IMG/VR virus record: IMGVR_UViG_2915264867_000002 | Coordinates: 22,942 to 86,941 of that record | Reading direction: 5' to 3' (one strand) | Length of the DNA stretch: 64,000 nucleotides | Origin: a virus | Taxonomy: Duplodnaviria > Caudoviricetes | Shown here: positions 1 through 9,671 of the stretch, one piece after another | Layout: each line of letters starts with the position of its first letter | Position numbering within the stretch: the stretch's first letter is position 1 | The notes under the pieces: generated by a model | The model's input: only the letters and a program-made list of their open reading frames with translations | Told to the model about the DNA's origin: nothing | Databases searched by the model: none | Translations under genes and position numbers: made by a program

Positions 1-6
1 GAACTA

Positions 7-1686
7 TTACTTCCAAAACTTTACAGAATATGCAATATGCCTCTGACTTCCATATTTTAGTCTAGCCCACCCTGTTAATGGATTAACTAAAGTTGAGCCG
101 AACGTCATTCCGGTGCTTGGACCGCCATCGAGGCGAATCGCGTTATCGATTTTTAACAGGCTAAAAATGGTACACAAATCATAAGCGCTCGTTTCACCAT
201 CCGATGTTGATGAAATTACTACGTAGCGACCGTCTTTCTCACCTAAAGCAGACCAGCGATTTTTCAAAGTATCGGTAGTACAAACGCCATCTTTACGAAT
301 TGATGTCGAAGAGCTAATGACAAATGTATCAGGCAAGAAATTATAAATTTTATCATAGTCAAGCCACTTGCCGCGATAATTATTATTAACCGTAGCCAAT
401 ACTCGTTTATTTCCTTGAGAGACGCCCGATGTATAATTAACACCTATCATCTCATTGCCGAATTTTGCATAACCTGATGGCCTGCCAGTTTGATTGGGGC
501 CGGTGCCTTCGTCTCCAGCCCAATAAAATCCATTAACAGTAATCGCAGATTTACTCAAAGAATTTAGTTCCGATATAGTCTTTAAGTTCATTACTTCGGG
601 ATACTTGGCAGAGTAAGCCAGCCCTGCAGAAGCCTGTACCCCCATAGTATTAATAATGCCGATATGCACAAATGGGGCAGTATTCTCACACCAGTTCACG
701 TTGAGAAAACCGGTTTGCTGGAGGTAGCTTTCAATGGTGTTCTGGTTTGCCGGATTTGACAAAGTTTCCCAACATTGATTGACTACGACTGCGTTAGATG
801 AGGCGTTTAACGAGTTTGCATCCCCTTCACGATCTAATCGTGAAATTTTCAGCAATCCAGTTTTAGTGAACTTTTTCGTTACCGTTCCCGATGAATCTGA
901 TGAAACGGACGATCGAGTCACTCCACTCGTAGGTTCCGGGGTCTGCGGAACAATTGTCGCGGACTTACCCCTCGCCATCACTTCGGACGTGACGGAGAAT
1001 TCCTTTTTTGTTTCAATATAAGGAAAAATGTCTATACTTGGGTAAGCATTACCCACGTTACGCACAGCGACGCTAAAAATCTGAGCATTTTCGGTAGCTC
1101 CAGCAGGGATTCTCAAATTAACCCCAAGCGGAAGCTGAACTGACGCGGCGGAGGCGGGATCGTAATATACGACCTCTGCCTCATTATCCAAATATGACGA
1201 AACGGCTTGTTGAGGAAAATATACAACTTTACCAGTGCTAATTTTTTTCTTCAACACTACTAAAATATCCGCTCCCTGAACGTCTTTTCCGAGAACAAGC
1301 GGAGCCTTGAGACTTACCTGGCCACTAACCGTCTTTTGCCCCGGAGTTTCACCAAAATAAATCGACTTGATTTCCCCATAAGGAACAGAAGAATCAAAGA
1401 GGATCGTTGCCCGACCTTCTAAAGTAGAGTGAATAGTGACATAGCTTTTAGGCGATGGTCTGAAGCAAGCGGTTGAAGAGCAAAATATCAAGTCTCCGAT
1501 CTTGACATCTTGGTCGGGTTTAAGCCCTTCGGTAGAGATTGCCAGCCGAAGCCTTTTTGTACTCACATCTCTTGCATCGGTATTGGAATAATCAGCGACT
1601 GTAGTGGGCTGGAATGGATAGTGAGCCGCCTGCGCAGATAAGCATAGTGCTGAGGTGAGGATGAGGGTAGGTAAACTTTTTAGCAT
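7..1686 (-). CDS. Secreted moron protein with C-terminal phosphodiester glycosidase (NAGPA/DUF2233-like) domain
   Basis: Signal peptide MLKSLPTLILTSALCLSAQA; C-terminal R-SALG and NAIRLDGGPST resemble the family NLDGGGS motif; opposite strand and AT-richer than the tail genes. Confidence 0.6.
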   Translation of the reverse strand: MLKSLPTLILTSALCLSAQAAHYPFQPTTVADYSNTDARDVSTKRLRLAISTEGLKPDQDVKIGDLIFCSSTACFRPSPKSYVTIHSTLEGRATILFDSSVPYGEIKSIYFGETPGQKTVSGQVSLKAPLVLGKDVQGADILVVLKKKISTGKVVYFPQQAVSSYLDNEAEVVYYDPASAASVQLPLGVNLRIPAGATENAQIFSVAVRNVGNAYPSIDIFPYIETKKEFSVTSEVMARGKSATIVPQTPEPTSGVTRSSVSSDSSGTVTKKFTKTGLLKISRLDREGDANSLNASSNAVVVNQCWETLSNPANQNTIESYLQQTGFLNVNWCENTAPFVHIGIINTMGVQASAGLAYSAKYPEVMNLKTISELNSLSKSAITVNGFYWAGDEGTGPNQTGRPSGYAKFGNEMIGVNYTSGVSQGNKRVLATVNNNYRGKWLDYDKIYNFLPDTFVISSSTSIRKDGVCTTDTLKNRWSALGEKDGRYVVISSTSDGETSAYDLCTIFSLLKIDNAIRLDGGPSTGMTFGSTLVNPLTGWARLKYGSQRHIAYSVKFWK

Positions 1687-1886
1687 GACAATCCTTCATG
1701 TCCGTTGAGAAATAGTCAAGAATGTGCGCCGAGCATTAATACGAATGAACTCTATCAGGTTGCCATTCCGGAAAATGCGTAAATTGTAACTTTTCATAAT
1801 TTTTTTTGTTAAAACGGGCCTGTCACGCCGCCGATTCAATTTTTATCGGCCCTCCCTTGCCAAAAGGTCAAGCCACGTGCCATTTG

Positions 1887-1904
1887 TAAGTCAGCACTGA
1901 CTTA
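1887..1904. promoter_or_regulatory. 18-bp palindromic box TAAGTCAGCACTGACTTA, TATAAT at 1907-1912
   Basis: Read directly; upstream of gpL-like gene. Confidence 0.85.
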
Positions 1905-1920
1905 CGTATAATGGTCGATT

Positions 1921-2553
1921 ATGAGCAAATCCCTATCTGTAGCCAGCGTAGTCGAGAAAAATCGGATCTCTTCAGATACGCCTTGGCTTATTTGTATTGA
2001 CATCGACGTCGTCAACCCGGAGACGTCAGCTCTGGTAGAAACCCTCCACCTGGTTCGCAACAGCGATCCGATCCAGTTCAACGGCCACGAGTATCTGCCA
2101 GCACCACTAGACATCGAGCTGAAGGAAGAGGCCGGCAACCAGCAATCGATCAAGCTGAGCATCCCGGACTACAGCGGCGCCGTTCAACGCTACATGCAGG
2201 ACTATGGCGGCGGCGTTGGCTTTATGGTGGGCATCATGGTGGTCAACGCGGACAACTTGGCCAACCCGCCAGAGATTATCGAATATTTTGAAGTGGTCAG
2301 CTCCGACAGTGGCAGCTATACCTGCAACTTCACGCTCGGCGCCGAGAACAACATCACCAAGGCCTTCCCCCGCCGTCGGCAGACCAAGGATTACTGCCAG
2401 TGGCGCTACAAGGGCGAGGAGTGCGGGTACACAGGCGCCCTGCCCTCCTGTGATCTTTCCCTCAAGGGTGCAAATGGCTGCGCCGTCCATCAGAACGTTG
2501 TCCACTTTGGCGCCTTCCCTGGCATTAACGCACGCGACGTCAGCTATGGATAG
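1921..2553 (+). CDS. Minor tail protein, lambda gpL-like
   Basis: C-terminal CQWRYKGEECGY...CDLSLKG..GC..H...FGAFPG Cys pattern typical of gpL; precedes NlpC/P60 and tip genes. Confidence 0.8.
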   Translation: MSKSLSVASVVEKNRISSDTPWLICIDIDVVNPETSALVETLHLVRNSDPIQFNGHEYLPAPLDIELKEEAGNQQSIKLSIPDYSGAVQRYMQDYGGGVGFMVGIMVVNADNLANPPEIIEYFEVVSSDSGSYTCNFTLGAENNITKAFPRRRQTKDYCQWRYKGEECGYTGALPSCDLSLKGANGCAVHQNVVHFGAFPGINARDVSYG

Positions 2554-2917
2554 AGGCGCAGACCTGGTTGGCATTCCGTTCGAATACGGTGGCCGCGGGC
2601 CGGACAAGCTCGACTGTTATGGCCTGGTGATGGAAATGAGCCGACGCAATGGTTACTCGCTCCCGGACTTTGGCTTTGCTGACAACCAGGCGATGGTCGC
2701 TTCAATGATGGGCGTGACGATGCCTCAGTGGGAGGAGATTGCGCCGGGGCCTGGCGCGGTGGTGCTGATGCGTATCGGCCGGCATATCGCGCATGTCGGT
2801 TACATGATTGATCAGCACCGAATGATCCACGCGTGGGAGCAATCCCATGGCGTGACGATCGTGACGGTGGACTCTTGGAAACAACGCATCGTAGGATTCT
2901 ATAAGCATGTCGGATAA
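2546..2917 (+). CDS. NlpC/P60 tail assembly protein (gpK-like)
   Basis: GIPFEYGGRGPDKLDCYGLV, HVGY, MIHA motifs; ATG 2546 within ORF 2204-2917. Confidence 0.85.
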   Translation: MDRGADLVGIPFEYGGRGPDKLDCYGLVMEMSRRNGYSLPDFGFADNQAMVASMMGVTMPQWEEIAPGPGAVVLMRIGRHIAHVGYMIDQHRMIHAWEQSHGVTIVTVDSWKQRIVGFYKHVG

Positions 2918-5900
2918 AGTAAAAAAGCCACGCAAGAACGCCAAGCCGGCTCCGGTTGCGAAGGTCAAGCGACGCGCGACGGTAACGCCCGTCATGATCC
3001 CGGTGATTCGCATCACCAATCCATTCAACGCTCGAGAATTTGTGCGTGAAGAGCTGACGTGGCGCGCGCGCAAGTCGCTAGCTGCGTATTTCCCGGCGCC
3101 GGCCGCGGCCGAGAGTGTCATTTCGATCAACGGCAAGATCATCCCTCGCGATCAGTTCCGAGTAACTTACCTCGATCGGACAGACAACCTGGTCGTCTGC
3201 CCTGTGCCAACCGGGGGCGGCGGTGCCAAAGGCATCCTCACAATCGTGGCGATGATTGCGATTGCGGTCGTTACCGCTGGTGCTGGCCTCGCCATTGCTG
3301 GCGCGATGGGTCTGACCGGTACCGCACTCACCGTCGGTGGCGCCATTATCCAGGCCGGTATCTCCATCGCAGGCGCGATGCTCGTAAATGCTGCCCTGGC
3401 CCCAAGCAAGCCAACCCCAAATCGAAGCGAAGCTTCCAGCGCCACCTACGGTGCCGACGGCGCTAAAAATACTTCCCTCGAAGGCATTCCAGTACCGATC
3501 TGCTATGGCGAGTTCCGCATGGCCGGCAACGTCCTGGGAATGCACACCGAGAATGACGCCGACGACAACCAGACGCTGTACATGCTCTTGTCGGCGGGCG
3601 AGGGGCCGGTCGCTTCCCTTACGGACATCGAGATCAATGACAATCCGCTTGTCGATTACAAGAACGTCGAAGTGCAAACCCGCCTGGGTCTGTCGACGCA
3701 GGCTCCTATTCCATGGTTCAAGGACAACGTAGTTGCCGACAGCAAGAACCAAAAGATTGGAGCTGACTGGTTCTATAGCACCACCTCGACGGCGGTCGAT
3801 CAGTTGCGCTTCGACTTCGTCGCGCCACAAGGCTTATGTAAGATTGATTCGAAGTCCGGTGAGGCCAATCGGTACACGGTCGACCTGCAAATTCAAATTC
3901 GGCCCGCAGGCTCCACGGACGAGTTTAAAGACATCGCTTCGGCTGCGGAAATCATCGATTGGGAAGAAGTAACTGGCTCGGTTGTAAGAAAGACCGGCGA
4001 GTTCTACGACAGCGCGACGGGCCGCGCGTACCGCTACGATGCCGACGGAAGAATCGTCTACACGGATGCGCCGGAGCTATCATGGGTGGATGTGTGGGGC
4101 GTAGCTATTGGAAAAGCTACGTCTGCGGGGCAGTTCCTGAGCCAATCCTCCCCTACGCCAATTCAAACACCTGACGGCGTCCAATACGTTAATCGCGTCC
4201 CGGTTTATCGCGTCGGCACAAGCATGACAGCCCATAAGCGCGCTGCAGTGCGCCGCTCGTTCAATACGGTGACGCTCGACTCCGGAAAATATGAAGTTCG
4301 GGTGCGCCGCAATACCCCGAAATCGGACGACCAGACGATCATCGACGACATTTATTTGAGCGACATCAATGAGATCACTCTCGATACTCTGATCTATCCA
4401 AACACCGCCCTTGTGGCGTTGAAGATCAAACTGTCGGATCAAATCTCTGGCATGCCGAAGGTAACTTTCCTCAATGGCGGCCGGGTCATCAATGTCTTCG
4501 GCCGCCCTGGCACGTTTGCGACCGAAGACCAGTGGTACCCCGCCGCCTCGAAAAATCCAGCATGGATTATCTGGGATATGCTCACGCATCGCCGCTATGG
4601 TGGCGCGATGGCCACCTCACGCCTCGACTTCCCGGCATTCCAGAACTGGGCAAAGTACTGCGACGAGAAAAACCTGCAGTGGAATGGCCCGATCGACACG
4701 GAAATGAACGTCTGGGATGCCTCTCAGCTCGTGCTGCGCGTGGGCCACTCTCAGCTTGTCAACGTCGGCACGCGCTACACGGTTGTGACTGAGCGCCCTT
4801 CGGACCCGGTGATGATGTTCTCGGTGGCCAACATGATAGAGGACAGCTACCAGGAAACATGGCTGGCCACGAACGATCGCGCCAACGAGATTGACGTCAC
4901 GTTCTACGACAAGACCAATAGCTATAAGCAGCGTACGATCAAAGTGTACGACCCGGCAGCGCTCACGGCCGGCGCCAAGCAGCGCACGTCCGCGATCACG
5001 CTGTACGGCGTTACCGACCACGAGACGGCCTATAAGGAAGCGCAGTTCCAGCTGAACCTGAACCGCTACATCCTCAAGACGATCAATTTCTCCGCCCCTC
5101 TGGAAGCTGTCGCCTGCTCGGTCGGCGACCTGATCTACGTCCAAACTGACATGACGGACTGGGCGCAGGCCGGCCGCCTCGATGCGGGGTCGACCGCCTC
5201 TAGGATTCAGCTCGACCGCGAAGTCACGATGGAAAAGGGCAAGCAATACAAGCTCCTGGTCATGCGGGACAAAGTGCTACGCGCGCGCGGCGTGGTGTAC
5301 AACGTCGCCGGCACCTCGATCTTTCTGCAAGACTTCCGAGGCGACTCGGTCAAGCGCCTGCAAATCAACGGCCGTGATCTCCGCGTGTCGGCAAAATTCG
5401 CCCAGAATAACGGCTACGGCGTGGTGGTCGATGACGCTGCCGGCATCATGCCTGGGGCCACGTACGAGCTTTACGACACTGACGTAGTTGAGGAATTCAA
5501 CGTCATCAACGTACCAGGCTCCTCTTCGACACTGCAGCTGCAAACGCCAATGTCCGGCGCGCCGAGCCAGTTCGTCAACTTCATGTTTGGCGAGGCGGAG
5601 AAGGTCAAGAAGCCGTTCCGCATTCGTTCGATTACTGGCAGCCACGAGTACAAGCGTGATATCTCCGCATTGGAGTACAAGGCTGAGGTCTATGATTTCG
5701 ACCGCTACGGCAGCAGCACGCCGACCGTGCCGCCGCAGGACGCGATCATCGGTCCAGTCCGATCGCTCACTACTTACGAAGAATCCTACATCTCCGGCGA
5801 AACCATTGCGGTCAGTGTCGTCGCCTCATGGGCCGCACCGATTGCCGGCATGTACGCAGGCGCAGACGTGTACGTCCAGCGCAACGATGGACCAGCGGAG

Positions 5901-8300
5901 ATCGTAGACCAGGCAAAGAACCGGACGTCCTCCGTGATAACCGCCAAGCGCGGCGATCGCCTGGTCGTGCGCGTTGTCGCATACGATATCTTCGGGAAAC
6001 GAAGCGCCTACGAGAACGCTCCGACCGCAACCTACACGGTCTTGGGTGAAGTGCAAAACATCGAAGTCGGTGATGTAACCGGCGTCGGTTTCGCATGGGC
6101 CGGCCGGGACTGCAAAATCTCCTGGCGCTATAATTCGACTACGCACTCCTACGAATTCGGCAGCGAACCGGTCGGCGCTGACGCCGGCGCGCTCGATCCG
6201 CAGTTTAAGGATTACGAGATTCGCGTCTATGACAAGGATCACGCGACCCTGCGCCGAACCGAATACACCACGGATAATTCGTACACCTATATTTACGACA
6301 AGAACTTCGCCGATGGAGTGACCAGGCACCTGATCTTTGAAGTGCGAATGCGCGACAGGTTCAACAACTTGGGCAAGCCGGCCCTTCTCGATGCCTATAA
6401 CGCACCGCCAACTGTCCTCAGAACCTCTATCACGACGACCTTTGAGAGCGCAACCCTGAGCTACACCCACTCGGGAGATCCTGACTTTGCAGGCGCGGCT
6501 GTGTACCTGTCGCTGAAAGAGGATGAGCTGGCAGACCTGACCAAGATCTCGCCAGTCTACTCCGGCCCGGATACGGCTATCTTGATTCCGAAGCTCAAGT
6601 TCGACACCTCGTATTTCGTTCGGGTGGCACCGTACGACGCTTTTGGTATGACGGAACTGAAGCCAAGCTCCGTGATCAAATTCCGAACCACGTTCTTAGA
6701 TGTAAGCGCCATTGCGGACGGCGTACTGAAGGATTCGCAGTTGATGCCTGTGCTGCAGGACCGCATCAATTTGATCGATGCGCCGGCCACAGTCGTCGGC
6801 TCGGTAGCTGCGCGCGTGGACGCCGAAAGCAAGGCGCGGGTCGCTGCCTTGCTGGAGGAGGCGCGTGCTCGGGGGACCGAAATCAAGGCCACTCAGCAGC
6901 TTATTACTGACGGCGATACACGCGTGGCAAACTCGGTGCAGAGCCTCAGTGCAGCGATGGGCGACAGTCTTTCGGTTATCCGGAACGAACAGACGGCGCT
7001 GGCCAAGGCCGACCTTGCCGAGGCAAGTCAGCGAAACCTGCAAATCGCCGAGTTCGACTCCGCCATTCGCTCCTACGTCCAGTCTTACACGTACAGTAAG
7101 GCCGACAGCAACTCGTCCATCAACGAGGCATACAATACGCTCAGAAGTGAATTTGCCATGGGTGACGCGGCGACTTCGGCATATGTTCAGTCCTATGGGT
7201 ACTCAAAATCGACGGTCGACGGCGCTTTCGCGACGGTCAATAATTCTATCGCCTCGAAAATTGCCGACGTGAATTCGGCCGTTCTCAACGAAGCAAAAGC
7301 ACGATCCGATGCGATCGCTGCCGAAACCTCGCAACGTAACGAGCAATTGGCTAAGTACAACGGCGACATCCAAAGCTGGATCCAAAACTACAGCTACAGC
7401 CAGGCAACCTCGGATTATTCGATTAATCAGGTCTACAGCACGCTACGCAGCGAGTTTGCTTTGGGCGACAGCGCCTCGGCCGCCTACGTCCAATCGTACG
7501 CCTACTCCAAGGCTGAAACGAACAATGCGGTGGCGCAGCAGGTCAATCAAGTGACGTCACGGCTGAACGGCGCCGGCATGGGAGGCGTGACGGTCGAGCA
7601 GTACCTGTCCAGTCACGCCTCCGCGCTGCAGGGCTTGCAGGGCCAGTACACCGTCAAGATCGACAACAACGGTTATATCTCTGGGTTCGGCCTGGCCTCG
7701 ACCACCGTCAACGGCGTGCCGCTTTCTGAGTTCCTTATTCGCGCGGATGTATTTGCGGTCGTCATGCCTGGCTACCAGGCCGCGAAGCCGTTCACGATCG
7801 GCGCCGTCAATGGGCTGCCACGCGTCATCATTTCTAGCGCACTGATTGGCGATGCGTCGATCAACAGCGCGCAAATTGCTGATGCGGCCATTACGCGCGC
7901 CAAGATCGGCGCCGCCCAGGTGGACACGCTCCAGATTGCCGGCAACGCCGTAACGGCGGCGGCATCGGCCGCCGGCGGCCGGTCGTGCTCCATCACGATG
8001 AACTTCCTCGGTGTACCAGTGGCGATTTGGGCATGCGGGAATGGCGCCGTGTATGGCGCGTTTCAAGTGCAGCTCGTTGTCGAGATTTTCCGGGATGGGA
8101 TTCTGCTGGCCACCGCCACTGCCAACGGAATCGCGAGCGGGAACAACGACAGCGGCACTTGGCCGGCGCGAATGACGGCTACGCCGGTATTCATCGACAC
8201 TCCGCCGCCCGGAGTGCATACCTACACCTTCTACACTAACCGAAACCTGGATGGCGTTGAGATTCAAACTAATGCCGCACTTATCGAGACGCGCCGATGA
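2907..8300 (+). CDS. Central tail fibre/tip attachment protein J-like, with N-terminal gpI-like segment
   Basis: 1797 aa; N-terminal TM/Gly-rich gpI-like region, VPICYG motif, SKNPAWII, FN3-like segments, coiled coil, C-terminal QYTVKIDNNGYISGFGL (DUF1983-like). Confidence 0.85.
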   Translation: MSDKVKKPRKNAKPAPVAKVKRRATVTPVMIPVIRITNPFNAREFVREELTWRARKSLAAYFPAPAAAESVISINGKIIPRDQFRVTYLDRTDNLVVCPVPTGGGGAKGILTIVAMIAIAVVTAGAGLAIAGAMGLTGTALTVGGAIIQAGISIAGAMLVNAALAPSKPTPNRSEASSATYGADGAKNTSLEGIPVPICYGEFRMAGNVLGMHTENDADDNQTLYMLLSAGEGPVASLTDIEINDNPLVDYKNVEVQTRLGLSTQAPIPWFKDNVVADSKNQKIGADWFYSTTSTAVDQLRFDFVAPQGLCKIDSKSGEANRYTVDLQIQIRPAGSTDEFKDIASAAEIIDWEEVTGSVVRKTGEFYDSATGRAYRYDADGRIVYTDAPELSWVDVWGVAIGKATSAGQFLSQSSPTPIQTPDGVQYVNRVPVYRVGTSMTAHKRAAVRRSFNTVTLDSGKYEVRVRRNTPKSDDQTIIDDIYLSDINEITLDTLIYPNTALVALKIKLSDQISGMPKVTFLNGGRVINVFGRPGTFATEDQWYPAASKNPAWIIWDMLTHRRYGGAMATSRLDFPAFQNWAKYCDEKNLQWNGPIDTEMNVWDASQLVLRVGHSQLVNVGTRYTVVTERPSDPVMMFSVANMIEDSYQETWLATNDRANEIDVTFYDKTNSYKQRTIKVYDPAALTAGAKQRTSAITLYGVTDHETAYKEAQFQLNLNRYILKTINFSAPLEAVACSVGDLIYVQTDMTDWAQAGRLDAGSTASRIQLDREVTMEKGKQYKLLVMRDKVLRARGVVYNVAGTSIFLQDFRGDSVKRLQINGRDLRVSAKFAQNNGYGVVVDDAAGIMPGATYELYDTDVVEEFNVINVPGSSSTLQLQTPMSGAPSQFVNFMFGEAEKVKKPFRIRSITGSHEYKRDISALEYKAEVYDFDRYGSSTPTVPPQDAIIGPVRSLTTYEESYISGETIAVSVVASWAAPIAGMYAGADVYVQRNDGPAEIVDQAKNRTSSVITAKRGDRLVVRVVAYDIFGKRSAYENAPTATYTVLGEVQNIEVGDVTGVGFAWAGRDCKISWRYNSTTHSYEFGSEPVGADAGALDPQFKDYEIRVYDKDHATLRRTEYTTDNSYTYIYDKNFADGVTRHLIFEVRMRDRFNNLGKPALLDAYNAPPTVLRTSITTTFESATLSYTHSGDPDFAGAAVYLSLKEDELADLTKISPVYSGPDTAILIPKLKFDTSYFVRVAPYDAFGMTELKPSSVIKFRTTFLDVSAIADGVLKDSQLMPVLQDRINLIDAPATVVGSVAARVDAESKARVAALLEEARARGTEIKATQQLITDGDTRVANSVQSLSAAMGDSLSVIRNEQTALAKADLAEASQRNLQIAEFDSAIRSYVQSYTYSKADSNSSINEAYNTLRSEFAMGDAATSAYVQSYGYSKSTVDGAFATVNNSIASKIADVNSAVLNEAKARSDAIAAETSQRNEQLAKYNGDIQSWIQNYSYSQATSDYSINQVYSTLRSEFALGDSASAAYVQSYAYSKAETNNAVAQQVNQVTSRLNGAGMGGVTVEQYLSSHASALQGLQGQYTVKIDNNGYISGFGLASTTVNGVPLSEFLIRADVFAVVMPGYQAAKPFTIGAVNGLPRVIISSALIGDASINSAQIADAAITRAKIGAAQVDTLQIAGNAVTAAASAAGGRSCSITMNFLGVPVAIWACGNGAVYGAFQVQLVVEIFRDGILLATATANGIASGNNDSGTWPARMTATPVFIDTPPPGVHTYTFYTNRNLDGVEIQTNAALIETRR
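7017..7511 (+). repeat. Two ~64-codon internal repeats in J (7017-7208 and 7320-7511; period 303 bp)
   Basis: AE.SQRN.Q.A....I.S(Y/W)(V/I)Q.Y.YS...S..SIN..Y.TLRSEFA.GD.A..AYVQSY.YSK occurs twice. Confidence 0.85.
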
Positions 8301-8653
8301 TTAGCTACCTGATCCACGACCATGAAGGTCGAATTATTCAAACCGGCACGATCCCGGAGGACATGCTGGAGCTTCAGCATGTGAATGGCGGGACCGTGAT
8401 AGCTGGGGTAGCCAACCTAAACACCGACTACGTGGTCGACGGCGCCGTAACGCCGCGCCCAGCGCAGGACACCAGGCTGATTGCCGGTACCCTGACCCAC
8501 CTTCCAGTGCCATGCACGATCCATATAGATGGCAACGCCCACGCGTGCACCGATGATGTGGTCGAGTTGGAGTTCACCTATCCGGCCACCTACGCGGTGC
8601 GTGTCGAAGCATTCCCCTATCTCGATGCAGAATTCAATGTGGTGAAAAAATGA
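8297..8653 (+). CDS. Small tail-associated protein
   Basis: ATGA overlap with J; position. Confidence 0.65.
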   Translation: MISYLIHDHEGRIIQTGTIPEDMLELQHVNGGTVIAGVANLNTDYVVDGAVTPRPAQDTRLIAGTLTHLPVPCTIHIDGNAHACTDDVVELEFTYPATYAVRVEAFPYLDAEFNVVKK

Positions 8654-8847
8654 AGATTACGCACACTGCCGACGTCAACGCCATGCGACGCGCGGCCTAT
8701 CCTCCCTTGGCTGATTTCGCAGATGCACTGTACTGGCAGTCGAAGGGCGACTCAAGCAAACTTGATACGTACCTCGAAGCGATCGAGGAGGTCAAGCGCA
8801 GGTTCCCCAAGGAGCAAGCTGATCCGCGTGCCTCGGAACACGCCTAA
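8650..8847 (+). CDS. Putative tail fibre assembly chaperone-like protein
   Basis: RRAAYPPLADFADALYW...YLEAIEEVKRRFPK resembles phage tail assembly chaperones; ATGA overlap. Confidence 0.55.
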   Translation: MKITHTADVNAMRRAAYPPLADFADALYWQSKGDSSKLDTYLEAIEEVKRRFPKEQADPRASEHA

Positions 8848-8852
8848 AATTG

Positions 8853-8870
8853 TAAGTCAGTACTTATTTA
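8853..8870. promoter_or_regulatory. 18-bp box TAAGTCAGTACTTATTTA, TAGACT at 8874
   Basis: Read directly. Confidence 0.75.
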
Positions 8871-8906
8871 TGTTAGACTCGCCTGATCTTTTTACGTTAA
8901 AGCGCC

Positions 8907-9671
8907 ATGGCCCAGATTAAGCAGCTTTGTTCCGTCACTAACGGTCAGCAGATCGTTACTTTGCCAGGCGACCAGACGCTCCGCATTAAGCGCAACAGCA
9001 TCTTCATGGTCGAAAGCGACCTGGTTCCATACACCGTCGCGGCCGACGCCACATTTAACGGTCAGGTCACTTCCGTGTATCTGACTGGCATTTACCTGGG
9101 AGCGACCTCGGCAGCGGCGCGCGGCGTGTTCGCCACCGATTTCACCTATCCAGACATGCTGCCCACCATTGCGCAGGGCGATGTCGGCACCGCCGCAGTT
9201 TTTACCGCTGCGATGTATCGCCTGCAGCAGATGATCAGGTCGCTTACTCCTGGCGAAGGCGGGGGCGGTGGTGGCGGCGCCTCGAGCTTCGCCGAACTTA
9301 CCGACTTGCTGACCTTCGACCTGCCATTAACAAACGCCCCACTTGCTGCTGCGTTGGCTGGAAAAATGAACGCAAATGCGCAGCTGTCGGAGGGAACTGC
9401 CCCCTGGCTGATCTTCAACAGTGACTTGGTGACTTTTGTCGGAACGACGACATTTAACACTGAAGGCGCTCGCGCCGGTGGTCGAGTTCAATGGCCCGAT
9501 GGCAAGGGTGGAACATATACGGCTTCCGTGTATAGCGTGGCGTTCCCGGGCGCTGTCGACGCCTACACCATCACGTACGAAGGATCCCCGGTAAGAACCG
9601 TTACGCAATCTCTTGTGACCCGTGATTTCATGGGCACGATCACCAATCGCCCTACGCCTACAATCGCATGA
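8907..9671 (+). CDS. Putative tail fibre/adaptor protein
   Basis: 254 aa, Gly linker GEGGGGGGG, position after tip genes. Confidence 0.55.
   Translation: MAQIKQLCSVTNGQQIVTLPGDQTLRIKRNSIFMVESDLVPYTVAADATFNGQVTSVYLTGIYLGATSAAARGVFATDFTYPDMLPTIAQGDVGTAAVFTAAMYRLQQMIRSLTPGEGGGGGGGASSFAELTDLLTFDLPLTNAPLAAALAGKMNANAQLSEGTAPWLIFNSDLVTFVGTTTFNTEGARAGGRVQWPDGKGGTYTASVYSVAFPGAVDAYTITYEGSPVRTVTQSLVTRDFMGTITNRPTPTIA

Noticed and set aside
7017-7511. Diversity-generating retroelement template/variable repeat in the tail tip
   Set aside because: No reverse transcriptase in the window; differences are synonymous and not adenine-specific; both copies are in-frame and internal.
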